Origin: Oscillospiraceae bacterium
GTDB lineage: Bacteria > Bacillota > Clostridia > Oscillospirales > CAG-272
Reading direction: 5' to 3'
Assembly (NCBI GenBank): GCA_015063855.1
Contig: SVTI01000003.1
Location: 1 to 50,793 of the forward strand
Length of the DNA: 50,793 nucleotides
Shown here: positions 50,793 through 50,793 of the stretch, piece after piece
How positions within the stretch are numbered: position 1 is the first letter of the stretch
How the letters are laid out: each line of letters begins with the position of its first letter
Position numbers and translations under genes: made by a program
Notes under the pieces: model-generated
Databases searched by the model: none
What the model saw: the letters and a program-made list of their open reading frames with translations, nothing else
Told to the model about the DNA's origin: nothing

Positions 50793-50793
50793 C

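Overview
Chromosomal segment of a sporulating, low-GC Clostridia-type bacterium (spoIIR, spoIVB, long-form SRP RNA ahead of dnaX-ybaB-recR, SLH protein). Most of it is housekeeping: uvrA, obgE, ligA, dnaX, recR, pepD, paaK, guaB, glpK, bioY and transporters. Four accessory items stand out. (1) A seven-gene minus-strand operon (7060-13772) encodes a SipW-type signal peptidase, four TasA/CalY-like SipW substrates, a 941-aa adhesin-like protein whose extreme C-terminus copies the mature N-terminal strand of those substrates, and a TasA-like protein with a sortase-type anchor. Together these suggest a tip-shaft-base donor-strand pilus, and the operon also holds a structured intergenic RNA with alternative stems. 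(2) A small integrase-free phage-like switch (17278-18744) has divergent repressor and cro-like genes, three 17-bp operators and an unannotated Cys-rich 34-aa ORF. (3) Two paralogous ~1190-aa secreted proteins (CBM9-like domain, repeats, beta-propeller glycosidase-like domain) share a conserved promoter/leader motif. (4) A dispersed modular hairpin repeat family occurs at 57-470, 5889-5963, 6680-7027 and 42859-42960, plus a GTAG-REP and a MITE-like element. No CRISPR-Cas, tRNA, rRNA or intact transposase was seen. All product calls come from motif recognition by eye; no database searches were run.
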